A stretch of DNA of 64,000 nt from an uncultured Gammaproteobacteria bacterium. GTDB lineage: Bacteria; Pseudomonadota; Gammaproteobacteria; Steroidobacterales; Woeseiaceae. The first letter of the stretch is position 1. Each line of letters opens with the position of its first letter. This document shows positions 40,878 through 49,256 of the stretch, piece by piece. The translations under genes were made by a program, and so were the position numbers. Where the stretch lies: NCBI GenBank assembly GCA_963760325.1, contig CAVXCW010000024.1, positions 13,101 through 77,100 of the forward strand. Reading direction: 5' to 3'. A model generated the notes under the pieces. The model saw nothing but the letters and a program-made list of their open reading frames with translations, made no database searches and had not been told where the DNA came from.

Positions 40878-41498
40878 ATGATGGTCTATTTCGAAGATAA
40901 AAAGCTTGTAAAACAACTGCTTGCCGGCAATGAACGGGCTTTTGACCAGTTTTTTGATGAGAACTTCGCGAGGCTGTATCGCTTTGCGCTGACGCGATTG
41001 TCGGACGATCCGGATGCGGCGCGTGAAGTGGCGCAAATCAGCCTCACGCGTGCACTACGCAAAATGCACACGTATCGAGCCGAATCCGCCCTGTTCACGT
41101 GGCTGTGCGCGATTTGTCGCAACGAGACCAGCGACTGGCTGTCGAGGCAGTCCCGATACCGGGAACACATCGTGCTCACGGAAGATTTTCCGGAGATCCA
41201 GGCTGCTGTCGATTCATTCCACGCGCCAGAGCAGATGAGTCCGGAACGGCATTACAGGCGCGTTGAGCTACTGAGGTTAATACAGGTTGCCCTGGACAAA
41301 CTGCCGGCGCGGTACGGCGATGTCCTGGAGTGGAAGTACATCGAAGGACACTCGATAAAGGAAATATCTGAGCGTCTGGACATTGGTGCCGAGGCGACGC
41401 AGTCCCTGCTTGGTCGCGCAAAGAAAGCGTTTGCGGACGTCTATTCATCGCTGACAGACGGCATCGAACTAAACGAGAGCGAGCTGGTGAAATCATGA
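40878..41498 (+). CDS. ECF sigma factor (FecI-like)
   Basis: Region 2 is FDQFFDENFARLYRFAL..TWLCAICRNETSDWLSR. Region 4 is LPARYGDVLEWKYIEGHSIKEISERLDIGAEATQSLLGRAKKAF. Followed by FecR and a TonB-dependent transducer. Confidence 0.8.
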   Translation: MMVYFEDKKLVKQLLAGNERAFDQFFDENFARLYRFALTRLSDDPDAAREVAQISLTRALRKMHTYRAESALFTWLCAICRNETSDWLSRQSRYREHIVLTEDFPEIQAAVDSFHAPEQMSPERHYRRVELLRLIQVALDKLPARYGDVLEWKYIEGHSIKEISERLDIGAEATQSLLGRAKKAFADVYSSLTDGIELNESELVKS

Positions 41499-42517
41499 GT
41501 GACATTTATCAGGGCATAAGCGAACAGACTGACGAGGCTTTGGAGGAACTGCTAAAGCACGCGTCGCCGCGGCCAATGCCATCACGGTCCGACGAAGCCG
41601 CGGTGCGACAGGCCCTGCTGGCCGAGTGGCGGGCGGTTAGCGGCAGTCACCGCTCGCGCAGGCGGATTGTCGGTTTCGCAATGGCCGCGACGGTGCTCAT
41701 TGGTCTCTTCGCAGTGTTTGGTCTGCTTCGCCTGCCGATCGTGGACGCGGTCCAGGTGGCGACGATCGAGAAAAGTTTCGGCGCCATTTACCTTCTTGGT
41801 GAATCGTCCGAGCTACGCGAGACACCCGCATTGTCGAGCGTTCTCTCCGGGCAGACGATTGTCACAGGAGACGATGCGGGCATAGCGCTGGCCTGGGGCC
41901 ACGGTGGCTCACTGCGTCTGGATGCCAACACGCGATTAAGATTCCTGGACGGCAAGTCCGTGTACCTCGAGGCCGGTCGTGTCTATTTCGACTCAACGCC
42001 GTCCGCGCTGATTGCCGGCATCACGGCCGGCGTTGCAGCCGATTTCCTCGTCACTACTGACTATGGAGAGGTGTCGCATATCGGGACTCAGTTTATGACC
42101 CGCGTGGATGACAGAAACTTAAGCGTTAGTGTCCGGGAGGGCCAGGTTTCGGTTGACGGGCGGTACTACGACTACGTTGCGTCGTCGGGCGAGCAGGTGA
42201 CGCTGAGCGGTCGGCAGCAACCGGCCGTGCTGAGCATCAGCGGGTTTGCAAAGGACTGGAGTTGGGTCAGCCGGACATCTCCGCCTGCCGATGTGGACGG
42301 CAGATCGATCTACGAGTTTTTGCAGTGGGTGTACAGGGAGACAGGCCTGCAACCAAGATTCGAGGGGCAAGCGGAACAGGTCGCGCGCATCGAGCTTCTG
42401 AAAGGCACCATCGACGCCGAGCCCTTGGAATCGCTACCACGGTGGATGGCGACCACCGCGCTTGGCTACGAGATTAATGAAGGTGAAGGGGTGATCTACG
42501 TTAGCGACGATCGTTAA
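41495..42517 (+). CDS. FecR-family transmembrane anti-sigma/sensor protein
   Basis: ATGA overlap with the sigma gene. One TM segment (IVGFAMAATVLIGLFAVFGLL). Periplasmic FecR-like beta-rich domain. Confidence 0.75.
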   Translation: MSDIYQGISEQTDEALEELLKHASPRPMPSRSDEAAVRQALLAEWRAVSGSHRSRRRIVGFAMAATVLIGLFAVFGLLRLPIVDAVQVATIEKSFGAIYLLGESSELRETPALSSVLSGQTIVTGDDAGIALAWGHGGSLRLDANTRLRFLDGKSVYLEAGRVYFDSTPSALIAGITAGVAADFLVTTDYGEVSHIGTQFMTRVDDRNLSVSVREGQVSVDGRYYDYVASSGEQVTLSGRQQPAVLSISGFAKDWSWVSRTSPPADVDGRSIYEFLQWVYRETGLQPRFEGQAEQVARIELLKGTIDAEPLESLPRWMATTALGYEINEGEGVIYVSDDR

Positions 42518-42551
42518 GCAAAAGACCCGTAAGCAACCGATTCGCGCACTA

Positions 42552-44852
42552 TTGCTCTGGGTCTTACTGGCCTCGTCAGTCGCTTTGGCTGACGACGGGC
42601 AGACTGAGCCTTATGTCGGGCGCGCCGTCGCGGATGTAATCGACGCGTTTCGCGATCAAGGTCAGCCATTCGCGTACAGCACCAGTCTGGTCAGCGATGG
42701 TCTGCTGGTCACCGAGGAGCCCCTGCCTGGCACCCCACTGGAAATCGTTCGACAGATACTGCAGCCACACGGTCTGGCGGTGAAGCCGGAGGCAGGCCTG
42801 TACCTGGTCGTCAGGGCGAAATCACAGGAGGCAGAGCAAGCCGGTCCGGTTGCGGTGCAACAGCCGTCGTCGCCGGATATCGAGACCGTGGTCGTCGCCG
42901 CGAGTCGCTACGAAATCTCAAGAGACATTTCGACGTCACAGTTTGCGCTAGACAGGAGGACGATTCAGAACATGCCGGATGTTGGCGAGGACCCCATACG
43001 TGTCACTCAGCGCCTGCCCGGCACTGCCGCCAGCGGTACGTCGGCGGTTGCGCATTTTCGCGGCGGAGAGCAGAGCGAAGTCGGAATCATGCTAAATGGA
43101 CAATTTCTTTTCGACCCGTTTCACATTCGTGACTACCAGAACATCTTCAGTGCGATCGATGCGCGCGCAATTGAAGGTGTGGAGGTCTATACCGGCGGCT
43201 TTCCCGTTCGCTATGGCGATCGTATGGGTGGACTTGTCCTGATGGACTCTCTGGATACCGAAAAGTCCAGACATACGGAAATCGGTTTCAGTGTGTTCAA
43301 CACGTCTTTCCTGTCGGCGGGCACCGACGACAAGCGAAACTGGTTGTTCTCGGCGCGTCGTGGAAACCTCGACCTCGTTATTGATCCCAAGTACGGTGAA
43401 CCGTCCTATTTTGATGTGTTTGGAGAGTACACATTCGAGGTGACCCCGCACATGCGTCTGTCCGTGAACGCCCTGTTTGCCGATGACGAGGTCAAGCTCA
43501 TCCTGGAAGCAGATCCCGCCGAACGCGAACAGGTTGCTAGCGATACCCACAATGCGCAGTTCTGGCTGCGCCTGGACAGCGAATGGTCAGACGCGCTGAG
43601 CAGCAGTACTGTGCTGTCGATGGTCGACTTCAGCAATCGACGCGATGGTGTCTTGCTGGATCCAGAAAAAATGATCGCGTCGGTAATTGATAACCGGGAC
43701 ATCAGTCGCTTCGCGCTTTACCAGGATTGGGTCTGGAGCCCGTCATCGAGCCATAGAACGCAGTGGGGGATTCATGCGGCCTACGGCGAAGCAGACTATG
43801 TGTACTCCGGGTCAGCCGAGTATTTCGGGCTACAGGCAATTTACGAGAATCAGCCGGCCAGCGTAGTCCGGCAGTTGGCGGCCAGCCCGAAGGGTGGCAG
43901 TTACGCGATGTACGTGTCCGACCGCTGGCGCGTGTCACCTCGCGTGATGCTTGAATGGGGGCTGCGGTGGGATGATCAGACTTATACCGGACTGAATTCT
44001 GATTCGCAGCTGAGTCCGCGACTCAATGTCATGTTTCGGCCAAGGGAGCAAACCGAGCTTCGCCTCAGTGTCGGTCGGTACCACCAGTCGCAGCCGTTGC
44101 AGTCCCTGCAGGTCGAAGACGGCATCAGTAATTTCTGGCCCGCGCAGCGCGCGGATCATCTGATTGTCGGCATAAGGCAACTTATCAACGATGAAACCTC
44201 GGTCCGACTGGAGTTGTTTCGCAAGGAGATTCAGAATGTGCGGCCGCGATTCGAGAATCTTTACGACCCACTGGGTCTGATTCCCGAATTGCAAGTTGAT
44301 CGTGTGCGACTCGATCCGTCAAAAGCAGAGGCACGGGGGGTGGAGTTGTCGGCCGACCGTACGGCGGGAGCATGGAACTGGTGGGCTTCCTACACGTGGT
44401 CGAAAGTGACGGACCGCATCGACGGCCGCGATGTTCCGCGCAGTTGGGATCAGCGGCATGCGGTGCAGGGCGGGTTCGCATGGGGCAATGAATCCTGGAA
44501 TTTTTCGGCCGCGGCGAGCATTCACTCCGGATGGCCGAGGACGGACCTGACGCTGGTCGAAGCGGGAGTCGATGCCGACGGCGAACCGATCAATATCGCC
44601 GTTCCCACGCCGCGAAACGCGCTGCGTTTGCCGACGTTTTCCAGCGTGGATGTGCGTCTTAGCCGAAAATTCAAAGTACCCAGAGGCTCGTTGCTCGTAT
44701 TCGTGGAAATCTCCAATGTTCTCAATCGCCGCAATGTCTGCTGTATCGAATTCGACCTCGATTCGGACGCCGACGGCAACGACGTGTTGGAAGCCAGCGA
44801 GGACTATTGGCTTCCGTTGCTGCCGGCGATAGGCGTACTCTGGGAATTCTGA
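42552..44852 (+). CDS. TonB-dependent receptor with N-terminal signalling (STN) domain
   Basis: TTG start as drawn (an ATT at 42540 would give a better signal peptide). STN-like VIDAFRDQGQPFAYS..LEIVRQILQPHGLAV. Plug domain with FRGGEQSEVGIMLNG. C-terminal aromatic residue (..IGVLWEF). Confidence 0.85.
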   Translation: MLWVLLASSVALADDGQTEPYVGRAVADVIDAFRDQGQPFAYSTSLVSDGLLVTEEPLPGTPLEIVRQILQPHGLAVKPEAGLYLVVRAKSQEAEQAGPVAVQQPSSPDIETVVVAASRYEISRDISTSQFALDRRTIQNMPDVGEDPIRVTQRLPGTAASGTSAVAHFRGGEQSEVGIMLNGQFLFDPFHIRDYQNIFSAIDARAIEGVEVYTGGFPVRYGDRMGGLVLMDSLDTEKSRHTEIGFSVFNTSFLSAGTDDKRNWLFSARRGNLDLVIDPKYGEPSYFDVFGEYTFEVTPHMRLSVNALFADDEVKLILEADPAEREQVASDTHNAQFWLRLDSEWSDALSSSTVLSMVDFSNRRDGVLLDPEKMIASVIDNRDISRFALYQDWVWSPSSSHRTQWGIHAAYGEADYVYSGSAEYFGLQAIYENQPASVVRQLAASPKGGSYAMYVSDRWRVSPRVMLEWGLRWDDQTYTGLNSDSQLSPRLNVMFRPREQTELRLSVGRYHQSQPLQSLQVEDGISNFWPAQRADHLIVGIRQLINDETSVRLELFRKEIQNVRPRFENLYDPLGLIPELQVDRVRLDPSKAEARGVELSADRTAGAWNWWASYTWSKVTDRIDGRDVPRSWDQRHAVQGGFAWGNESWNFSAAASIHSGWPRTDLTLVEAGVDADGEPINIAVPTPRNALRLPTFSSVDVRLSRKFKVPRGSLLVFVEISNVLNRRNVCCIEFDLDSDADGNDVLEASEDYWLPLLPAIGVLWEF

Positions 44853-44854
44853 AG

Positions 44855-45307
44855 TCATGCCAACGGCGCCACTGCTCGCCAGTTCTCGACGGCGTGCTTG
44901 TAGATCCTCAGGTGCTTTGCAGCGTCGACGTCACCCTGGTAAACAATCCCTGAAGCCCGCCGGTAAATGGCTTGCGCAAGCGGGTTTCTTAACTGTGAGG
45001 CATCACGATGGGTCAGGACGAACGGGATGGAGCGCGTAAGCGTCAATAACAGGCCGGACTGTCCTTCGGACGGATCGTGAATGTGCACGACATCGACTGG
45101 CGGCATGAGGCAATACGCCATGACGGCCGACCGGACGGCCGGACCGACCGTCACCCCTTCGACCAGGTCCAACCGCTTGGCAAGCGCGACGTTTCGAACC
45201 AGGACGTGCTGCCGCATGTCGAGCGCTTGCAATGCTTCTACCAGGTTAACGAAATGTTCACCTGCGCCGTTAAACGATTTCGCGAGGTTGATGTGACCGA
45301 TCTGCAT
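44855..45307 (-). CDS. hypothetical protein resembling only the N-terminal half of a GT4 glycosyltransferase
   Basis: 150 aa. MQIGHINLAKSFNGAGEHFVNLVEAL resembles GT4 N-termini. There is no room for a C-terminal catalytic half, because the TBDR gene abuts it. Confidence 0.35.
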   Translation of the reverse strand: MQIGHINLAKSFNGAGEHFVNLVEALQALDMRQHVLVRNVALAKRLDLVEGVTVGPAVRSAVMAYCLMPPVDVVHIHDPSEGQSGLLLTLTRSIPFVLTHRDASQLRNPLAQAIYRRASGIVYQGDVDAAKHLRIYKHAVENWRAVAPLA

Positions 45308-45408
45308 GTCCAGTCTGGCCGGCGCGTTCCTGACACCGCCGTCGACAGCTCCTCTCTTGCATGGGCATTGGCTGTCTATTTAGACGGAGCAGCATCGGAG
45401 AATCGGTC

Positions 45409-45452
45409 GGGGACATTCTGCTTTTGGAGAAAAGCAGAATGTCCCCATTTTT
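45409..45452. terminator. perfect 17-bp hairpin with T-tract
   Basis: GGGGACATTCTGCTTTT-GGAG-AAAAGCAGAATGTCCCC followed by ATTTTT on the plus strand. Lies immediately 3' of the minus-strand GFA gene stop at 45452-45454. Confidence 0.6.
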
Positions 45453-45856
45453 CAGCCGATATTCTTTTCGTAGACAGGCAGGTCGTCGCCGATGTGAAAC
45501 CAGGGCTGCTTGTCTTCAGTCCAGATGTGCGCGCGCAGGACGGGCGCGTCGGGCTTATCCAGGCTGTTCAGTGTGACATCAATCTCGCCGGGGCGTTTTT
45601 CGTTCTCGTAGGTGATGGATGAACCACAATTGCTGCAAATACCGCGCGTAACACCGGTAGAGGAGTGGTGCCAGTGCATCTCGCCCTGCGTCACGGCAAA
45701 CGTTTCGCGGGCGTAGGTCGCCCAGGCGACGACCGGTGCTCCTGCCGCGCGCTGGCAGCTTTCGCAATGGCAGAAACAGGCGAATTTTTCAGGGCCAAGC
45801 AACTCGAAGCAGATGTCACCGCAGAAGCATCGGCCGGCTATGACAGATTTACTCAT
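45452..45856 (-). CDS. GFA-family (CENP-V/glutathione-dependent formaldehyde-activating-like) zinc protein
   Basis: Trimmed to the ATG at 45854-45856. Cys pattern CFCGDICFEL...CFCHCESCQRAAGAP...CSNCGS. Confidence 0.8.
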   Translation of the reverse strand: MSKSVIAGRCFCGDICFELLGPEKFACFCHCESCQRAAGAPVVAWATYARETFAVTQGEMHWHHSSTGVTRGICSNCGSSITYENEKRPGEIDVTLNSLDKPDAPVLRAHIWTEDKQPWFHIGDDLPVYEKNIG

Positions 45857-45883
45857 ATCGCTCGCTCCCAATAGAAGCGACTG

Positions 45884-45941
45884 GTGTCCTGGCAGTTTCT
45901 GTCGGCCCTGAAATCATGCGAGACATCGCACAGGACACTAG
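45884..45941. repeat. REP-like palindromic element, copy B
   Basis: GTGTCCTGGCAGTTTCTGTCGGCCCTGAAATCATGCGAGACATCGCACAGGACACTAG. This is the reverse-complement orientation of copy A at 7094-7153. It abuts the TAG stop of the carbonic anhydrase gene. Confidence 0.7.
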
Positions 45942-46552
45942 ATGTCGAGAAACTCGACTTCGCCGCTCTCGATCGAATATTCGGCGCCGACGATCGTGAG
46001 GTTTCCCTCGTCAATGAGCTGTTCGAGTATGAGCGAGCCGTGCGACAGTTTTTCCACGGAGGCGCGGATATTGGCGCGCACAGCCGCGCTGGTCAGCGTT
46101 TCTTCGTCGCTATTCCTGTGCGTTTCGAGTATCGGCTCGATCGAAGGCCGCACTCGATCGACAATGGCGCGCAGGTTTGGCGACCGGTGCGTTTGCTCGA
46201 GGGCAAGTTCTTTGAGCGCGGCGATTACCGCGCCGCAGTTGGAGTGGCCAAGGACGACGACGAGTCTTGTCCCAAACTGATTGGCGGCGAACTCGATGCT
46301 GCCGATCTGCGAGGGAGCGACGATATTGCCGGCAACACGGATGACAAACAGGTCGCCGAAGCCCTGGTCAAACACCAGCTCGACCGGAACCCGCGAGTCG
46401 GAACAGGCGAGAATGATGGCGAAGGGATATTGTCCGCCGGACATGCCAGCCTGGTGGGCCCGGCTGGCCAGCGATTCGGCATCGAAGTCACCGGCGACGA
46501 AGCGGCGATTGCCGTCGCGCAATTCTTTAAGAGCATCTTTGGCTGAAATCAT
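45938..46552 (-). CDS. beta-class carbonic anhydrase
   Basis: Trimmed to the ATG at 46550-46552. CSDSRVPVELVFDQGFGDLFVIRVAGN and GHSNCGA zinc-ligand motifs. Confidence 0.85.
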   Translation of the reverse strand: MISAKDALKELRDGNRRFVAGDFDAESLASRAHQAGMSGGQYPFAIILACSDSRVPVELVFDQGFGDLFVIRVAGNIVAPSQIGSIEFAANQFGTRLVVVLGHSNCGAVIAALKELALEQTHRSPNLRAIVDRVRPSIEPILETHRNSDEETLTSAAVRANIRASVEKLSHGSLILEQLIDEGNLTIVGAEYSIESGEVEFLDI

Positions 46553-46595
46553 AGGCAACCAGTATCTGGCAGCCGTTGGCTGGCTGCAAGGCAAT

Positions 46596-46763
46596 TAGCC
46601 CGGATGTTGCGCCAATATGGTGCGTGAGGTCGGTTAAGGATTTGACCGGTTGAGGGATTTTCTGAACGAGTGGAATAACGGTGTCTATTTCCGAGCGAAG
46701 AAGATCCCTCAGGCGATCAAAGACTAAGCGAGAGCGCAGCATATTGGCGCAACATCCGGGCTA
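46596..46763. mobile_element. MITE-like element: 22-bp perfect terminal inverted repeats flanked by TA on each side
   Basis: TA-GCCCGGATGTTGCGCCAATATG (46598-46619) ... CATATTGGCGCAACATCCGGGC (46740-46761)-TA. The roughly 120-bp interior has a further inverted pair, GAGGGAT/ATCCCTC. No coding capacity. Confidence 0.45.
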
Positions 46764-46769
46764 GCCCGC

Positions 46770-47966
46770 CTACCAGCGGTGCAGGAATACCGTAGTGCCG
46801 GCCGGGAAGAAACTCGTCTCTTTTGCGAGCTCAACATACCCGTCGGTCGCGGATAGTGCGGTGAAGTCGCCAGACGTATTGGTCTTGACGGGCATCGCCA
46901 GGATCTGGCCGGCCGCGTTCGAGAGGACGCGTACGGGCTGAAAGCAGGTGAGGTCAGGAGCAAACCGGACATCCGCAGCAAGAGAAGCAAACTCGGGCGG
47001 CATTGCGGTCAGTGCTGATGCGGCCTCCAACGCGGGAATAACGTATTGGCGGCAACAGACCAGGGCCGAAACCGGATTACCTGGCAGGGCGAACACAGCC
47101 TGGCCATTTGGGCCTAGCCCGAACCACATCGGTTTGCCCGGTCGCTGGCTTACTTTGTGAAACACGACTTTGACGCCGAGCGCAGCGAGTACTTCCGGAA
47201 CGTAGTCGGCTTTTCCCATTGAAACGCCGCCGCTCAGAATAAGTACGTCGGCAATCTCGAGATGGTCGGCGATGCGCTCGCGCAAAACCTCGAGATCATC
47301 GACGAGATGGTCGTGATTGCAGTCTGCGTACCCTCGAGCGCGCAGCATGGCCTGAATCGCCGGTCCGTTCGAAAGCCGGATCTGATGGGGTTCAATCGGC
47401 TTGCCAGCGGGCACGAGCTCGTTACCGGTCGAAATAACGCGAATCACAGGGATGCGGCTCGCCTCAATCTCGGTCAGGCCGCAGGATGCGATGATCGCGA
47501 TATCCAGGGGCGAAATGCGTTTACCAGGCGTCAGGAGGTGGGCACCAATCGCATGGTCCGAGGCGCGGGCGTGAATAAAACGACCGGACTCGGCGGCGTA
47601 GTCCTCTTCGACGACGGCGACGCCATCCTCGACAGAAATCCGCTCTACGGGAACGATGCAGTCTGCATTCTGCGGCAAGGATGCGCCGGTCATGATTTCA
47701 ATACACCGGCCCGACTTCAAAACGAGCGCCTCATCGCCTGCCGCCTGCATTGCCTGGATCGGGAATTGCCGAATGCCACTTGCGAAATCCGCGAAGCGCA
47801 AAGCAATGCCATCCATCATGACGCGATCAAATGGCGGCTGATCGCGCTCCGCGTGAACGGTTTGGCGCAGAACCCGTCCATTGGCTTGGTCGAGCGGCGT
47901 CATCTCAGTGACAAAAGCCGGCATCGACGACAGAATTGCTTCGCGTGCCTCGTCCGTCGTTAGCAC
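46770..47966 (-). CDS. moeA: molybdopterin molybdotransferase
   Basis: 398 aa. N-terminal ..LDQANGRVLRQTVHAERDQPPFDRVMMDGIAL and central SGGVSMGKADYV are typical of MoeA. Confidence 0.85.
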   Translation of the reverse strand: MLTTDEAREAILSSMPAFVTEMTPLDQANGRVLRQTVHAERDQPPFDRVMMDGIALRFADFASGIRQFPIQAMQAAGDEALVLKSGRCIEIMTGASLPQNADCIVPVERISVEDGVAVVEEDYAAESGRFIHARASDHAIGAHLLTPGKRISPLDIAIIASCGLTEIEASRIPVIRVISTGNELVPAGKPIEPHQIRLSNGPAIQAMLRARGYADCNHDHLVDDLEVLRERIADHLEIADVLILSGGVSMGKADYVPEVLAALGVKVVFHKVSQRPGKPMWFGLGPNGQAVFALPGNPVSALVCCRQYVIPALEAASALTAMPPEFASLAADVRFAPDLTCFQPVRVLSNAAGQILAMPVKTNTSGDFTALSATDGYVELAKETSFFPAGTTVFLHRW

Positions 47967-47972
47967 TTGCGG

Positions 47973-49256
47973 CTAGCCCTCTCTTGCGATGGCGCGATGA
48001 CCGATGTCGCGGCGGAAATAAACGTCTTCCCATTCGATCTTGTCGATCGCGTCGTAGGCGCACTTGGCGGCCGCCGCAACCGTTTCGCCGAGTCCTACGA
48101 CGCAAAGCACCCGGCCACCGCTGGTCGTTACGGCGCCCCCTTCCAAGGCCGTTCCGGCATGAAAGACTTTTTGCGTGTCGCTATCCGCGTCATCAAGGCC
48201 GGTGATCGGACTACCTAACTTATAGCTTGCGGGGTATCCGCCGGCGGCCAGGACCACGCCGAGGGCGGCTCGTGCGTCCCAGGTGGCAGTTTGCTCACCT
48301 AGTGATCCGTCCAGCGTCGCCGCACAGATTTCTACAAGGTCGGATTCGAGTCGCGCGAGTATCGGCTGTGTTTCCGGGTCGCCCAGGCGGCAGTTGAACT
48401 CGATAACTTTCGGCGCTCCATCCGGCATGATCATCAGCCCGGCATACAGGAAGCCGAGATACGGATTACCGTCAGCCTTCATGCCGGCAAGTGTCGGACG
48501 AATAACGCGATCCATAATTTGCTGTTCGATCTCGCGGGTGACGACCGGCGCCGGTGAATAGGCGCCCATACCGCCGGTGTTCGGGCCCACGTCGCCCTCG
48601 TCACGCGCCTTGTGGTCCTGTGACGTCGCTAGCGGAAGGATGCTGTCACCGTCCGTAATAACGATGAAGCTCGCTTCCTCGCCATCCAGGTACTCCTCGA
48701 CGACGATTCGGGCTCCTGCCTCGCCGAAGCTGCCGCCGGACAGCATGTCTGTGGCTGCCTGTTCCGCCTCTGCAAGGCTCATGGCGACGATCACACCTTT
48801 GCCGGCAGCCAGACCGTCGGCTTTGATGACGATCGGCGCTCCCTGTTCTCGAATGTAATCAAGCGCAGGCTGAAGTTTCGAGAAGTTCTGATAGTCCGCT
48901 GTTGGAATGTTATGCCGTCTGAGAAAGTCCTTCGTGAATGCTTTCGAGCCCTCTAGCTGCGCCGCCGCTGCCGTCGGGCCAAAGCAGGGCAGCCCGAGCG
49001 CGTTAAACCGATCGACAACGCCGTCAACCAGCGGTGCTTCAGGGCCGACGATGGTGAGGCCAACGCGTTCGTCCGTTGCCAGTCTTGCCAGGCCGTTGAT
49101 ATCCTCGGATGCGATGGCGATGTTGCGGACCTTGTCTTCACGGGCCGTGCCCGCATTGCCGGGCGCGACCAGCACTTCGTCTACCCGCGGTGATTGAGCG
49201 CATTTCCAGGCGAGCGCGTGCTCGCGTCCGCCTGAGCCAATGATGAGTACTTTCAT
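47973..49256 (-). CDS. purD: phosphoribosylamine--glycine ligase
   Basis: [19 protein letters not shown]-terminus, ATP-grasp core. 427 aa. Confidence 0.95.
   Translation of the reverse strand: MKVLIIGSGGREHALAWKCAQSPRVDEVLVAPGNAGTAREDKVRNIAIASEDINGLARLATDERVGLTIVGPEAPLVDGVVDRFNALGLPCFGPTAAAAQLEGSKAFTKDFLRRHNIPTADYQNFSKLQPALDYIREQGAPIVIKADGLAAGKGVIVAMSLAEAEQAATDMLSGGSFGEAGARIVVEEYLDGEEASFIVITDGDSILPLATSQDHKARDEGDVGPNTGGMGAYSPAPVVTREIEQQIMDRVIRPTLAGMKADGNPYLGFLYAGLMIMPDGAPKVIEFNCRLGDPETQPILARLESDLVEICAATLDGSLGEQTATWDARAALGVVLAAGGYPASYKLGSPITGLDDADSDTQKVFHAGTALEGGAVTTSGGRVLCVVGLGETVAAAAKCAYDAIDKIEWEDVYFRRDIGHRAIAREG

Noticed and set aside
46596-46763. Possible molybdenum-cofactor riboswitch, given its proximity to moeA.
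   Set aside because: The structured element lies downstream of the moeA stop rather than in its 5' leader. Perfect 22-bp terminal inverted repeats with TA flanks fit a MITE better. I cannot verify Moco-motif conserved nucleotides by eye.
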